Shown here: one piece after another, positions 1-12,929 of the stretch
Layout of the letters: every line of letters begins with the position of its first letter
How positions within the stretch are numbered: the stretch's first letter is position 1
Assembly: GCA_965116875.1 (NCBI GenBank)
Contig: OZ220733.1
Location: 768,001-832,000, forward strand
Length of the DNA stretch: 64,000 nt
Reading direction: 5' to 3'
DNA from: Candidatus Latescibacterota bacterium
GTDB taxonomy: Bacteria > Latescibacterota > UBA2968 > GCA-2709665
Notes under the pieces: model-generated
Database searches by the model: none
What the model saw: only the letters and a program-made list of their open reading frames with translations
Told to the model about the DNA's origin: nothing
Made by a program: the position numbers and the translations under genes

Positions 1-597
1 GGACGTCAATACGGCCGCACGGCCTTTCTCCATAGGCTCGGCCTCTTCGCCCAGCGTCAGCAATTCCCGCTCGTAGTTGAATCGAACCATATTCTGTGCA
101 TGCGCGGCCAGCGCTTCAGGAGCCAGAATGCGGGTGTGGGGACAGACCGTATGGCGTTCCGTAAACAAAAAGGAAGAGACCCACCGTGCGGAGACCTTGC
201 CGCGGGCGCCGCGCGCCGTCTCCTCGACGGCTTCCCGGCTCAATACCCCGTAGGTGCGGCAGACCAGCGGCCGAACCGGATAAATCGAACATCCGCCGGC
301 GTCGGTAAGAAACGGGCACCGCGCAGGCCGTTCTTCGGTCAGAGCCAGTACGGCGTCGCGTCGTCCGGCCTCGAAGTGGTCCTGTACGTAGTCGACGATG
401 TTGAAGTACTCGACCGAATACAACGGATACATGGTTGCAAAATCCGCTTCCATTTCCTCTGTCGTGAGTTCACAGCACTGTCCCAACCGGTCGCAATGGC
501 ACGAAACGGCCGGAACCTGATCGTAGACCGCCTGGAGTCGACGGCGTTCGGGTTCCGAGAGCGACCGCGGCTCGCGCGATGGAGCGATCTGTAACAA
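1..597 (-). CDS. YkgJ family (CxxCxxCC) Fe-S/Zn cysteine-cluster protein, 3' end outside the window
   Basis: Not in the ORF track. Manual translation from the TTG at 597 is open to the window edge: MLQIAPSREP...SCHCDRLGQCC...RCPFLTDAGGCSIYPVRPLVCRTYG. The CPFL...C.IY..RP..CR.Y motif is typical of the family. Confidence 0.8.
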   Translation of the reverse strand, partial: MLQIAPSREPRSLSEPERRRLQAVYDQVPAVSCHCDRLGQCCELTTEEMEADFATMYPLYSVEYFNIVDYVQDHFEAGRRDAVLALTEERPARCPFLTDAGGCSIYPVRPLVCRTYGVLSREAVEETARGARGKVSARWVSSFLFTERHTVCPHTRILAPEALAAHAQNMVRFNYERELLTLGEEAEPMEKGRAAVLTS

Positions 598-620
598 TGG
601 TGATTTCACAGTCGAACTGC

Positions 621-2986
<2,366 letters not shown>

Positions 2987-3013
2987 CTCGCCACGGTCTC
3001 CCGGAATGGCTGA

Positions 3014-3042
3014 ATTATAGAAATCCGTCATTGGCCTGTCAA
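3014..3042 (-). promoter_or_regulatory. Consensus sigma70 promoter for the TPR-eno-ykgJ operon
   Basis: Minus strand reads TTGACA (3042-3037), 17 nt, TATAAT (3019-3014), a perfect consensus. Confidence 0.8.
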
Positions 3043-3153
3043 GCGCCAATTCCGCGAGAGTCATCGTTTTTCGCTTGACGTGTCCCCTGCTCCGCCTGAT
3101 TTTACGTGTCCGGTTGCCCGCTGCTCGATGTAAACCCGATACCCGGATTTCGC

Positions 3154-4401
3154 GTGCGTTTCAGACCCGCTCTCATTCTTCCCGGCATTCTGATGGCCGC
3201 CACCGGCGTTGGCGCCGGGGACCTCCTCACGGCCAGCCTCGCCGGCTCCAGGATCGGCGTTGGCCTTGCGTGGGCGGCCGTGATCGGCGCGCTGCTCAAA
3301 TGGACGCTGAACGAGGGTATCGCCCGCTGGCAGATGGCCACCGGTACCACGATGCTGGAAGGCTGGGTCCACCGGCTCGGCGCGTGGGTGCAGTGGGTCT
3401 TCATTGTCTACCTGATCATCTGGAGCTTCTCGGTTGGCGGCGCGCTGGTGACGGCCTGCGGCGTGGCGGGCGCCGGCCTGCTTCCCATCGGCGATCCGGC
3501 GACGTCCAAAATCGTGTGGGGAATTGTCCACTCCCTGGTCGGCCTGGCCCTGGTCTGGATCGGCGGGTTCCGCGTGTTTGAAATTCTGATGTCGGCGTGC
3601 ATCGGACTGATGTTCGTTACCGTTCTGCTCACCGCCCTGCTTCTGGGACCGGACTGGAACGCCCTGGCACGGGGCCTGTTCTTTCCTGCCATTCCGACCG
3701 GCGGCATGGGCTGGACGCTGGGCGTACTGGGAGGCGTCGGCGGTACGGTTACCCTCCTGTCGTACGGGTACTGGATCCGTGAAACCGGCAGACAGGGCCG
3801 GGAGGGCGTGTCAACCTGTCGCGTCGATCTGGCGGTGGGGTACACCGTCACCGCGCTGTTCGGCGTTGCGATGATCATCATCGGTTCGCGGGTCGCTCTG
3901 GACGGGAAGGGCGCGTCGCTGGCGCTCATCCTCTCGAGCCAACTCGAATTGGCGCTCGGGGCGCCAGGCAAATGGGCTTTCCTGCTGGGCTTCTGGGGCG
4001 CGGTCTTCTCCAGCCTGCTCGGCGTGTGGCAGAGCGACCCGTACATGTTCGCGAATTTCCTCGCGCTGCGTAAAGGGGTCTCTCCCGAAGCCTTTCAGAA
4101 GTCGGACATCCTGCGATCCGCTCCCTACCGCGCGTACCTGGTCGGTCTGGCGACTGTGCCCCTCGTGCTGTTGTGGGGCTCCGTGGCCGAGGTCCAGCTC
4201 ACCTATGCCGTCCTGGGTTCGTTCTTCCTGCCCCTGGTCGCGCTCACCCTGCTGCTGATGAACAACAGGACGGACTGGGTGGGACCCGGATTTAAAAGCC
4301 ACCCGGTCATCAATGCCATCCTCGTTGCCACCCTTCTGTTCTTCGGATACACCGGCGCGAAGAAAGTCGTTGACACGCTAGGCCCGATTCTGGGCGGCTG
4401 A
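3154..4401 (+). CDS. NRAMP/MntH-like (YcsG-type) divalent metal or solute transporter
   Basis: PGILMAATGVGAGDL and LKWTLNEGIARWQMATG motifs, roughly 11 hydrophobic segments. GTG start at 3154 is probable; the ORF track starts at 3106. Confidence 0.85.
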   Translation: MRFRPALILPGILMAATGVGAGDLLTASLAGSRIGVGLAWAAVIGALLKWTLNEGIARWQMATGTTMLEGWVHRLGAWVQWVFIVYLIIWSFSVGGALVTACGVAGAGLLPIGDPATSKIVWGIVHSLVGLALVWIGGFRVFEILMSACIGLMFVTVLLTALLLGPDWNALARGLFFPAIPTGGMGWTLGVLGGVGGTVTLLSYGYWIRETGRQGREGVSTCRVDLAVGYTVTALFGVAMIIIGSRVALDGKGASLALILSSQLELALGAPGKWAFLLGFWGAVFSSLLGVWQSDPYMFANFLALRKGVSPEAFQKSDILRSAPYRAYLVGLATVPLVLLWGSVAEVQLTYAVLGSFFLPLVALTLLLMNNRTDWVGPGFKSHPVINAILVATLLFFGYTGAKKVVDTLGPILGG

Positions 4402-4402
4402 T

Positions 4403-4480
4403 CGCCTTGTGTCCCTGGCAAGCATCATCGTTGGTACACAAGGCGGATCGTGCGACCGGAAGAATCGGTCGCACGATCCG
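4403..4480. terminator. Paired hairpins between convergent genes (probable terminator or REP-like element)
   Basis: Perfect 15-bp stem CGGATCGTGCGACCG (4444-4458) / CGGTCGCACGATCCG (4466-4480), plus a 10-bp stem CGCCTTGTGT (4403-4412) / ACACAAGGCG (4436-4445). Confidence 0.55.
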
Positions 4481-4635
4481 TTCATGGGGATTGCCAGCTT
4501 CGAACGGTATTCCCTATTCCCCGATTGGAAAGCCGACACCGATTTGAAAAATGAGATTTCGGTTTTTGATGTCCTCGTCGCCGGTCTCGTCAACCGCAAG
4601 AAGCCCGAGCGTGTAGCGCAAGTCCACCGAGACGG

Positions 4636-5613
4636 TCAGTCCAGGACGCGGTCCTGTCCGGCCGAGGCCTCGTCGAGAAGGGCCCGGTCCTCCGGCGTGA
4701 TCGACCAGCCTACGGCGCCGGCGTTCTCCTCCATGTGAGCCACCGTGTCGCCGCCGGTGATCGCGGCCGTCACCTCGGGGTGGGAGAGCACCCAGTTGAT
4801 CGCCGTCTGCGCCACGGTGCGGCCGTGGGCGCCGGCGATCTTTCGCAGAATTTCAAGGGTCCGGCCCGCCGGCTCGTTGAGATCCTTCTCCAGGGCTTCG
4901 GCGCGGCCCCTGGCGTAAAGGGTGCCTTCAGGCGGTGGTTCTCCGGGGGTGTACACGCCGGAAAGCAGGCCCACCCCCAGGGGGCTGTAGGTCATGACCC
5001 CGAACCTCCGGTCGCGCTGCGCCGGCCACATCTCATGCTCAAGCTCGCGGTTGAGGAGGTTGTAGGGGTTCTGGATGCATATGAGGGGATCGAGCCCGAG
5101 GCGGTCCTGCGTCCACAGCGCCTTGAGTACCTGCCAGGCCTGGAAGTTGGAAACGCCCACGTAGCGCGTCTTGCCTGCTCGCACCACGTCATCGAGGGCG
5201 CGCAGGGTCTCCTCGAGGGGCGTCTCCTCGTCGTACACGTGCAGGATATAGATGTCAATGTGATCGGCCTGGAGGCGGGCCAGGGTGCGGTCGATCTCCC
5301 GCAAGATGTGATAGCGCGACAGGCCGGCGTCGTTGGGCCCCTCGCCGATGCGGCTGGCGACCTTCGAGGTCACCACAAGGTCGTCGCGGTGCCGCTTGAG
5401 AACGCGCGCGAGTAGCTGCTCCGACGTGCCGCGGGTCTCGTAGGCGTCCCCGAGGCCGTAGACGTTGGCGCAGTCAATGAAGTTGATTCCGAGCTCGATA
5501 CCCCGTTCGATGACGCGTTCCGCCTCGTCGACGTTGTCCTGCCCGCGCAGGCCCAGTCCGTAGGCCAGGCGCGACACCTTCAGGCCGGAATGGCCGAAAT
5601 TGACGTATTCCAT
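4636..5613 (-). CDS. Aldo/keto reductase
   Basis: MEYVNFGHSGLKVSRL, GINFIDCANVYG, DHIDIYILH, GKTRYVGVSNF, YSPLGVGLLSG. ATG at 5613 follows GGAG. Confidence 0.95.
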   Translation of the reverse strand: MEYVNFGHSGLKVSRLAYGLGLRGQDNVDEAERVIERGIELGINFIDCANVYGLGDAYETRGTSEQLLARVLKRHRDDLVVTSKVASRIGEGPNDAGLSRYHILREIDRTLARLQADHIDIYILHVYDEETPLEETLRALDDVVRAGKTRYVGVSNFQAWQVLKALWTQDRLGLDPLICIQNPYNLLNRELEHEMWPAQRDRRFGVMTYSPLGVGLLSGVYTPGEPPPEGTLYARGRAEALEKDLNEPAGRTLEILRKIAGAHGRTVAQTAINWVLSHPEVTAAITGGDTVAHMEENAGAVGWSITPEDRALLDEASAGQDRVLD

Positions 5614-6084
5614 GCGCTCCTCCCTGTACTCTCCCGTTATCGGACAGCTCCGAAGCGTTGAAAATGCCTTCGAAATCCAGTCTGTTCTCGCGATAATATT
5701 TCGTTCCGCGACGGTCCCGGAACGACGTTCAGCAGACATCTAACTTATCGCAAATCCCGCCGCAAATCTATTCCTTTTCGCGGCTCGTCTTACCGACCCA
5801 ACCATTACCACGGAGTTGAATCGTGTCCGCGTCCGGCCCACTTGACGTGTGAAGAATGACGCAAGCTGTAAATGCAATTTCACGTCGGACGGAACTCTCC
5901 CCGGGGTGTCGCGAAAACTGCAACAAGATACGCCTGTCCATCATCCGGTCGCGCCAGACGACCCCATGCGGTTGCCCACCCTCCCGTCGCTGACGTTGTC
6001 AACGGACAGGACAGGATAACCGTTTCCACCCTGCGAAACCTGGCATGAAGCAATCAGCGATGCAAAATGGAGATGAGCCTCAAT

Positions 6085-7434
6085 CTACGTACCGAACGCA
6101 TCCACAAACTTGAAAAAGTCCGCGAAATCCACGGTGCCGCTCCCGTCCAGATCGAACTTCGCGTTCGTGCTGCCGTACGCGTCGGCAAAGAGGAAGAAAT
6201 CCACGAAGTCGGTCCGGCCGTCGCCGTTGAAGTCTGTTGAGGCCGGACCCTGCACCAGCGGTGTACCGATACGGACGGCCGACCACGATCCGGGTCCCCT
6301 GTTGGTGACCGCACGCAACTGCAGGTCGTACCGGGCGCCGCCCGCCAACCCGGTCACCTCGTACGTCAGCGTGCCGGAACCGGTTGTCCGGACGTACCGC
6401 AATACAGTCCAGTTGGCTTCGGCCTTGTCCGGGGCGTCGCTGCGAATGTAGCGCACGTCGTAGCCGGTAATAATCACGGTGCCGGTTTCGATCGGAGGTT
6501 CGCGCCACGAGATGGTGAGCGAGCCGGTTCCGGCTGTGACCGAAAGGATGGCCGGCGCGTCCGTGCGGAGCGTGAGGTCATAGGCATACAGCTTCTTGTC
6601 CACGTAGTCGGCCACCCACATCGTCGTGCCGTTCGACCAGATCCCGACCGGGTGGCTGTTCCCGGCGGCATTCAGCGAATTGACGTCCCGAAAGGGGTTC
6701 CGGCCATAGTGCGTCAGATCGTACGCATAGATCTTCGCGTCGGCGTAGTCCGCCACCCACATCGTCGTGCCGTCGGACCAGATTCCCTGCGGGTGGTGGT
6801 TCCCGGCGGACCCAAGCGCACTGATTTCTCTCCCGAGATCTGCAACCTCGAGCTCCATGTCATAGGCATACAGCCTGGCGTCGGTGTAATCGGCCACCCA
6901 CATTGTCGTGTCGTTCGACCAGATACCCTCCGGGTTGTCGTTTCCGTTACGCTCCAGCCCGTTGACGTCATTGTCTGCGCTCCGGGCTCCGGTTGACATA
7001 TCGTAGGCATAGATCTTCTCTCCGAACCACGGGTCGTCTGCCACCCACATCGTCGTGCCGTTGGACCAGATGCCCTCCGGGTCGTCGTTTCCTGCGGCCG
7101 CCAGCGTATCGAAATCCTTGTTGGCTGCGCGCGCGCCGGAAGCCAGGTCATAGGCATACAGCTTCCCGTCAGCCTTGTCGGCCACCCACATTGTCGCGCC
7201 GTCCGACCAGATGCCCTCCAGGTCGTCGTTTCCCGCGGCCGCCAACCCATCGATATCCTTACCCGCGTCCCGGGCGCAGCACTCGCCACCGAAGATTTCC
7301 TGCCGCGAATGCAACTTTACCTCCTCATGGCCGCCAACCGGCACGTTGTTGCCCGTATCCGGATGGATCCACGACGCTGACGTGGCCGCCAGAAAGGAGG
7401 CGATAAACCCGATTCTGAAGATTCTGCTTCTCAT
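6085..7434 (-). CDS. Secreted protein: five-repeat beta-propeller (GIWS.GTTMWVAD repeats) + fibronectin type III + C-terminal dockerin-like EF-hand pair
   Basis: Signal peptide MRSRIFRIGFIASFLAATSAS. Five repeats of about 47-50 aa. FN3 motif LTISW..P....ITGYDVRY...GL..G.RY..Q.RAV. C-terminus TDFNGDGRTDFVDFFLFADAYGSTNAKFDLDGSGTVDFADFFKFVDAFG. Confidence 0.85.
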   Translation of the reverse strand: MRSRIFRIGFIASFLAATSASWIHPDTGNNVPVGGHEEVKLHSRQEIFGGECCARDAGKDIDGLAAAGNDDLEGIWSDGATMWVADKADGKLYAYDLASGARAANKDFDTLAAAGNDDPEGIWSNGTTMWVADDPWFGEKIYAYDMSTGARSADNDVNGLERNGNDNPEGIWSNDTTMWVADYTDARLYAYDMELEVADLGREISALGSAGNHHPQGIWSDGTTMWVADYADAKIYAYDLTHYGRNPFRDVNSLNAAGNSHPVGIWSNGTTMWVADYVDKKLYAYDLTLRTDAPAILSVTAGTGSLTISWREPPIETGTVIITGYDVRYIRSDAPDKAEANWTVLRYVRTTGSGTLTYEVTGLAGGARYDLQLRAVTNRGPGSWSAVRIGTPLVQGPASTDFNGDGRTDFVDFFLFADAYGSTNAKFDLDGSGTVDFADFFKFVDAFGT

Positions 7435-7578
7435 GTAATGGTGCCTCCGGGTCAACGAATGTGCAGAATACGACCACCTGAGCCGGTTCCGGTTCGTGAC
7501 TGGCGGTTGCACGACTTTCGAACGGATACGTTGGGATTCAAACCGGACAGTTCCAATCGGCGACGGCGCCAGAATCGC

Positions 7579-10503
7579 CTACGCGCCAAATGCATCGACG
7601 AATCTGAAGAAATCGGCGAAGTCGACCGTGCCGTTTCCATCCAGGTCGAATCTGGCGTCTGTGCTGCCGTACGCGTCAGCGAAGAGGAAGAAGTCCACGA
7701 AATCAGTCCGTCCGTCGCCGTTGAAATCAGTCGAGGCTTGTCCTCCGGTTACGCCACTGCCGAATATCTCCAGAGGCAGATCGGAGGACTTGACGAGGGT
7801 GTAGCCAAAATGGCCATTGGGCAGTCCCGGTAATGTGCCGATATTGACGGTAACCGCCGCGGTCGTGCCGGAGGTGCGTGCGACGGTCAGTGGCTGGCTC
7901 TCGACGCTACCCCTGGAAATCGCGACAGTCGTTGCGCCGCCGCTGATGCTGCCGTTCGCGACGGTAAGCGGCAGGACAATGTTAAAAGGAGCGCCGGCAG
8001 GGGCCACTGCCTTGAACTGCCCTTCTCCGGTTTTCTCCAGGGAAACGTTGAACGGCAGGGGATTGACTGCGTTGCCGTCCAGAGAAAGCCTGTTCAACCC
8101 GGTCAGTCCATCAAAAATGCTATCGGGCAGCGCTGTCAGCCGGTTGCCGATCATGCGCAGGTCCGAGAGTGCGGCCAGTCCTTCAAAGAGGCCCGACGGC
8201 AGCGTTGTCAACTGGTTCAGGCCGAAGCGGAGCGTTTGCAGGGACGATAGCCCGGAGAAAATGTCCTCAGGCAGGCTCGTGAGTTGGTTGCCATACAATA
8301 AAAGTTCCTCCAAACCCGCGAGCCCATCGAAGTCTCCGGATTTCAAGGACGTGATACCCTTGTCGTTGAGGTAAAGCGCCGTAATTCCATCCAGGTGAGT
8401 CGCCGTAACTTCCGCATAGTTCGAGACGTTTGGATCGTTTAGACGGACAACGCCGAGAATCGCTTCTCGCACCTGCGACGTGCGCTGGCTGACCGGAGTT
8501 ATCGAAGCGGCCCACTCGGACACATCCCAGAATTTGATCTGCCTGCTATTCGGCCTCGCATCATTGCCAATGAGCGTTCTTCCGTTTGGTGAAAACAACA
8601 GGCGCCGCACGCCACCCGGCCCACCTGAGATAGACGCCAGGAGTTCGCTCTTGGAAATGTCCCATAGTTCAATCAGACCGAAGGCCGTCACCGCGAGAAC
8701 GGTACCATCCGGCGAAAACACCGGATATGCGCGATTGTAATCGCTCATATCATTCACGGCCCCGGTCTGTGATCCTGTTGCCAGATCCCAGAGCTTGACT
8801 GCCCATGAAATAGGTGACGCGAGAAGCGTCCCATGCCTGGAAATCGCTACTGCTCCTTTTGCTCCAGTCTCGATGGTCGATATCGGGGTTTCTGTAGACA
8901 CGTTCCAGAGCCTGACGGTGCCGGTATTCGACACGGAAGCAAGCTTCCCATCGCCCATAAAGGCGACTTTGCCTATTCTTTCGGCGTGTCCTTCAAGGGT
9001 CGTGCGGGTTGCCCACGTCGCCACGCTCCACAACTTTACCGTGCGGTCGAATGATCCGGAAGCGAGCATCGAACCATCCGGCGAAAAGTCCAGAGATACG
9101 ACTTGATCCGTATGGCCTCCGAGCGTCGCGACCTCTGCTTTGCTGGTCACGTTCCACACTTTGATAGCGCCCTCCCGGGACCCTGCGGCGAGCAGCGTCC
9201 CGCCGGGAGAAAACGCTACAGCATAGATCGTGTTGGCCGAATGGCGAAAGGTGGCTATCGTCTCCCTTTTCGCAGCGTCCAACAACTCCACTCCGCTGCC
9301 GCCTATTGCAAGAAACACGCCGTCAGGAGACATCGCCAGACTGCCGATGTCATATTGATGAGGCATGTCGATTGTGGCGATATGCTGCGGCGAGTGTCCC
9401 GCCTCGAGGAAAAAGCGTATGGGACTGACAGTGCTGGTCCTGTTCCCATTGGTATCGACTGCGACAACATGTATAGGATGCTGAACCGTGTTGGAAAGCG
9501 TCGTATGCGCTTCCGCCACGGTGCCGACGTTGTCAGACGGGAGCCTGCCGTCAAAGCTGAATTCAACGACGGTATCCGTTTCGCCGGACAATCCGTCACA
9601 CGCTTTCACTTCGGGGGTGCCACCCAGAAAGGGGTTCCTGGGGCGAACGAACAGGATGACCTGGTGAAGACCATCGTCATCGCTGACTCTCAGCTGGACG
9701 GGTGTACTCACTGAACCGAACGGATACTCAGATGAAACGAGTTCAACGGTGGGCGGTGATTCGTTTTCGAGTGGTACATCGGGGTCGAAATACGGATGCG
9801 CCGCCAGAAACTCTGCGGCGCAAGCTGACAACGCGCCGGATGACCGGTCCGCGCGTCCGTACGACATGATGTACTTATCATCACGGAAGTCGTGGTGAAG
9901 GCCGAACGCATGCCCCAGTTCGTGGGCGCCGGCAAACCAGTCCCATTCGCCGTATATCATCGCCCATCCGCTGTCCTTCGTACCTGTTCCGCGTCCATGG
10001 GCGGTTCTGCTACTGACGTCCATGACAACCAGCGCGATGTTCTTCGAGTTGTCGAAGGCGCGTTTTATTTCGCCTTCCGTATATCCCCGGCTGCTATAGT
10101 GGCTGTCCGCATAGTCCCCATCGATGCGATGAACGACCGGATCGCCCTGGTCATCGGTTTCAACCTGGAAAGTCGTGTCTCCGTATCCGAGCGCCTCCAT
10201 CTGCTCGCCAAAGAACGTCTGAAGATCGAGAATCCCCGCTTTCATCGAATCCACGACTTCGGTGCGGTACGGCCGGTCGTTCGGCAGGAAATAGAAGAGA
10301 CGCACTGTGCGGGGTTCCCCCACGTTCAGGTCGGACGCCCGCTTACCGGCGGGACCCGGCTCATCGCTCTGCCAATGTTCGGGATCGAAAGGCAGGCAGA
10401 AATGCGCGCTGTCGGCAGGCACGGAAGATGCCTGGCCGTCTGACGGCGGGTGCAGAAATACAGCCAGAACTGCCAGCATTGCCATATGCGAATTCGTCTT
10501 CAC
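7579..10503 (-). CDS. Secreted multidomain protein: metzincin metalloprotease + WD40 propeller + 24-aa LRRs + C-terminal dockerin-like domain
   Basis: HELGHAFGLHH zinc motif with IMSY Met-turn. WD40 repeats (GHTDQVVSLDFSPDGSMLASGSFDRTVKLW). LRRs (NQLTSLPEDIFSGLSSL). Same C-terminal EF-hand pair. GTG start at 10503 is probable. Confidence 0.85.
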   Translation of the reverse strand: MKTNSHMAMLAVLAVFLHPPSDGQASSVPADSAHFCLPFDPEHWQSDEPGPAGKRASDLNVGEPRTVRLFYFLPNDRPYRTEVVDSMKAGILDLQTFFGEQMEALGYGDTTFQVETDDQGDPVVHRIDGDYADSHYSSRGYTEGEIKRAFDNSKNIALVVMDVSSRTAHGRGTGTKDSGWAMIYGEWDWFAGAHELGHAFGLHHDFRDDKYIMSYGRADRSSGALSACAAEFLAAHPYFDPDVPLENESPPTVELVSSEYPFGSVSTPVQLRVSDDDGLHQVILFVRPRNPFLGGTPEVKACDGLSGETDTVVEFSFDGRLPSDNVGTVAEAHTTLSNTVQHPIHVVAVDTNGNRTSTVSPIRFFLEAGHSPQHIATIDMPHQYDIGSLAMSPDGVFLAIGGSGVELLDAAKRETIATFRHSANTIYAVAFSPGGTLLAAGSREGAIKVWNVTSKAEVATLGGHTDQVVSLDFSPDGSMLASGSFDRTVKLWSVATWATRTTLEGHAERIGKVAFMGDGKLASVSNTGTVRLWNVSTETPISTIETGAKGAVAISRHGTLLASPISWAVKLWDLATGSQTGAVNDMSDYNRAYPVFSPDGTVLAVTAFGLIELWDISKSELLASISGGPGGVRRLLFSPNGRTLIGNDARPNSRQIKFWDVSEWAASITPVSQRTSQVREAILGVVRLNDPNVSNYAEVTATHLDGITALYLNDKGITSLKSGDFDGLAGLEELLLYGNQLTSLPEDIFSGLSSLQTLRFGLNQLTTLPSGLFEGLAALSDLRMIGNRLTALPDSIFDGLTGLNRLSLDGNAVNPLPFNVSLEKTGEGQFKAVAPAGAPFNIVLPLTVANGSISGGATTVAISRGSVESQPLTVARTSGTTAAVTVNIGTLPGLPNGHFGYTLVKSSDLPLEIFGSGVTGGQASTDFNGDGRTDFVDFFLFADAYGSTDARFDLDGNGTVDFADFFRFVDAFGA

Positions 10504-10574
10504 GTCAGGAGCCCCCGTCTGTGACGTATGCCCCAGGGTGAATCCGCGCGCCGAAGGCGCATTTCGCCAGGCGG

Positions 10575-12929
10575 TCATTCATGCCCTTTGAGGACATCGA
10601 CTATGCGCCCTTTCTCATCCACGACGTAGATCGGTCCCTCAGCGACACAATCTCCCCAGTTCATCAGATGCTCCGCGACGGGCTTCGCGCCTGCCGGGTC
10701 GGGAAGCCTGTATTCGTCGGCCTGGCCGACGTCGACTTGGTAGCCGTGGTCGGCCAGCGACTGAATCGAAATCCTGCTCAAAGGAACGGGCTCTGCGAGG
10801 TCCGTCCTGAAGGTTGCTGTCATCAGTTCGTCGCCGAACACCGATCCTCTCCAATGACTGCTATCTCTCTCTGCAGGTACCTTTGGGCCGCTGTAGTTCC
10901 GCCCTCCCGCATCGTCGAAGGCTCGAATCGCCCGTGGGCCGGTGAAATACACGTCACGTGCTCCGTGCACAAGGTCCAGTGATTCCCATACCGTCCCGAT
11001 CCCAAGCACGTGCCCCATCTCATGCAGGACTACGCCCGAAAGAAGGGTCTCAGACATCCACTCCAGGTCGTCCCTGTCGATGGCGATCACACCGATCTTC
11101 GTAACCACGGTACCCCGACTTCGATTTCTTTTGACAATGCGCGTTCCTCCTCTGCCAAGCGTGCCCCTGGCGCCGTCGATGTCCCCGATACCAACGAAGA
11201 TCCGCAGGTCATCCACAGTATCGTCGACGAATATTCGTGCATTCAGAAGATCGTCCCACCTGTCGAGCGGATTATCCGAGAAGTCGCTGTCCGAAATGTC
11301 TCCGGTAATGATGGACATCCAGCGTGCGGCAGCCTCGTGGAATAACGCCTTCTGGGACGCGTTGTATCCGTCGCCTGAAGAGCTTTCGACGAAGACGATC
11401 TCGATACGGAAGGGAGACGCCGCGACGGTAACGGCCACCGCGCTCGAGCAGTTGTTTCCGGTATCGGATTCACCCGTGACCGCATCCACACAGGCGCCGT
11501 AGTAGTATGCGCCGGCGGACGATGGCGCCGTCAAACCGATGGACTCGGCAACGGTCCCCGATGCCGCAAGCCCCTGCACCGCAACCGAACCAACTTCCGT
11601 ATCGCGCCTGGAAATCGTCGCGTTCGGCGAACGGAAATAACGCAGCGTTGTCGAGGGCGCCTGAGCATTTCCGCGGTTCCGCACGGTCACATTGAGCGTG
11701 AAGGACTCCCCGGTCGTCAAAGCGCTGCCGCTCCCGGTGGGCGCGTCGAGTACAAGGTCCGGACTTCCACCGCTGGAAGTCGGGATCACCTTGCCGAAAT
11801 TCCTCGCGAAGATCAGAAAATCTGAGAATCCGATTTGCCCGTCGCCGTCCAGATCGAAACGCGCGTCAAACCCCGCGTCGCCCTGCCGTTCGCCGAATCT
11901 CGACGCAAATCGCACAAAGTCGGAAAACCCGACAGTCCCGTCGCCGTCAAAGTCCGGAGACGCAATCGCGTTGAACGTGATCGCGTTCGCCGTCGTCAGC
12001 ACCTCTCTTGACGTGGTACTCCCGGCAAGTGTAACCGTCTCGATGCCGATGGAGAATTCCCTGCCCGTTACATCCGCAATCGTCTCGAACTCGGCGCGCG
12101 CAAGAAAGCCGGACGGCGCAGGCGTTACCGGCGTACCGGACGCGAAGTTGACGCCAACGGACCCTTCAGGAAGCATCAGCGGAAACGCGCTGTTCTCGGC
12201 TTCGACGAAGGTCAGAAGCGACGCGTCAAAGTCAAACCTGAGGATCATGCCGATCAAAGGCGTTCTCACATCGGCAGCGAAAACCTCCACCGCGATGGTT
12301 GCTCCCGATCCGTTGACAATGCCTGACGTGACGCGATCGTCGATCCGGTTGCCCGCGCCGCCGCCCGGTATGAGGTCAAGCGACAGAGCATCGCTGCCGC
12401 CGGCTCCGGAATGCCTGGCATTGAACGCAATCACATCTGTCGTCGTAAGTACGTCGCTGGACGTGGTACTCCCGGCAAGCGTAACCGTCTCGATGCCGAT
12501 GGAGAATTCCCTGCCGGTTACATCCGCAACCGTCTCGAATTCGGCGCGCGCGAGAAACCCGGATGACGTTAACGACACCGGCGTTCCGGACGCGAAGTTG
12601 GTGCCGATGGATCCTTCGGGAAGCGTCAACGGAAACGCGTTGTTTTCGGCCTTGACAAAGGACAGCACAGAAGCGTCAAAGTCAAACCTGAGGACCAGGC
12701 CGATCAGGGGCGTACTCACCCCTCTGGCGAATACCTCAATCGCGATCGTTTTCCCGTTTCCGGTAACCGTGCCTGAGACGACCCCGTCGTCGATCCGGTT
12801 GCCTGCTCCCCCGTCGGTAATCAGATCAAGTGTGAGTACCGCAGATGCATTGGGACCGGCAATGGCCTGACCGGCAAATGCAAGCGACGCAATCGCCACG
12901 AAAGCCAACAGAACCCGTCCTGGAAACAT
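10575..12929 (-). CDS. Secreted scaffoldin-like protein: two cohesin-like domains + internal dockerin-like domain + CARDB + leishmanolysin (M8)-like metalloprotease
   Basis: Signal peptide. Two repeats of about 145 aa (IAIEVFA..V.TPLIG..LRFDFDAS.L.FV.AEN...SGFLARAEF). Dockerin-like PDFDGDGTVGFSDF...FDLDGDGQIGFSDFLIF. CARDB (VRNRGN...YYYGACVDAVTGESDTGNNCS). M8-like HEMGHVLGIG...SHW...DELMT. Confidence 0.8.
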   Translation of the reverse strand: MFPGRVLLAFVAIASLAFAGQAIAGPNASAVLTLDLITDGGAGNRIDDGVVSGTVTGNGKTIAIEVFARGVSTPLIGLVLRFDFDASVLSFVKAENNAFPLTLPEGSIGTNFASGTPVSLTSSGFLARAEFETVADVTGREFSIGIETVTLAGSTTSSDVLTTTDVIAFNARHSGAGGSDALSLDLIPGGGAGNRIDDRVTSGIVNGSGATIAVEVFAADVRTPLIGMILRFDFDASLLTFVEAENSAFPLMLPEGSVGVNFASGTPVTPAPSGFLARAEFETIADVTGREFSIGIETVTLAGSTTSREVLTTANAITFNAIASPDFDGDGTVGFSDFVRFASRFGERQGDAGFDARFDLDGDGQIGFSDFLIFARNFGKVIPTSSGGSPDLVLDAPTGSGSALTTGESFTLNVTVRNRGNAQAPSTTLRYFRSPNATISRRDTEVGSVAVQGLAASGTVAESIGLTAPSSAGAYYYGACVDAVTGESDTGNNCSSAVAVTVAASPFRIEIVFVESSSGDGYNASQKALFHEAAARWMSIITGDISDSDFSDNPLDRWDDLLNARIFVDDTVDDLRIFVGIGDIDGARGTLGRGGTRIVKRNRSRGTVVTKIGVIAIDRDDLEWMSETLLSGVVLHEMGHVLGIGTVWESLDLVHGARDVYFTGPRAIRAFDDAGGRNYSGPKVPAERDSSHWRGSVFGDELMTATFRTDLAEPVPLSRISIQSLADHGYQVDVGQADEYRLPDPAGAKPVAEHLMNWGDCVAEGPIYVVDEKGRIVDVLKGHE

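Noticed and set aside
4409-4738. 109-aa ORF between the transporter and the aldo-keto reductase
   Set aside because: It spans terminator-like hairpins, overlaps the convergent gene and shows no motif.
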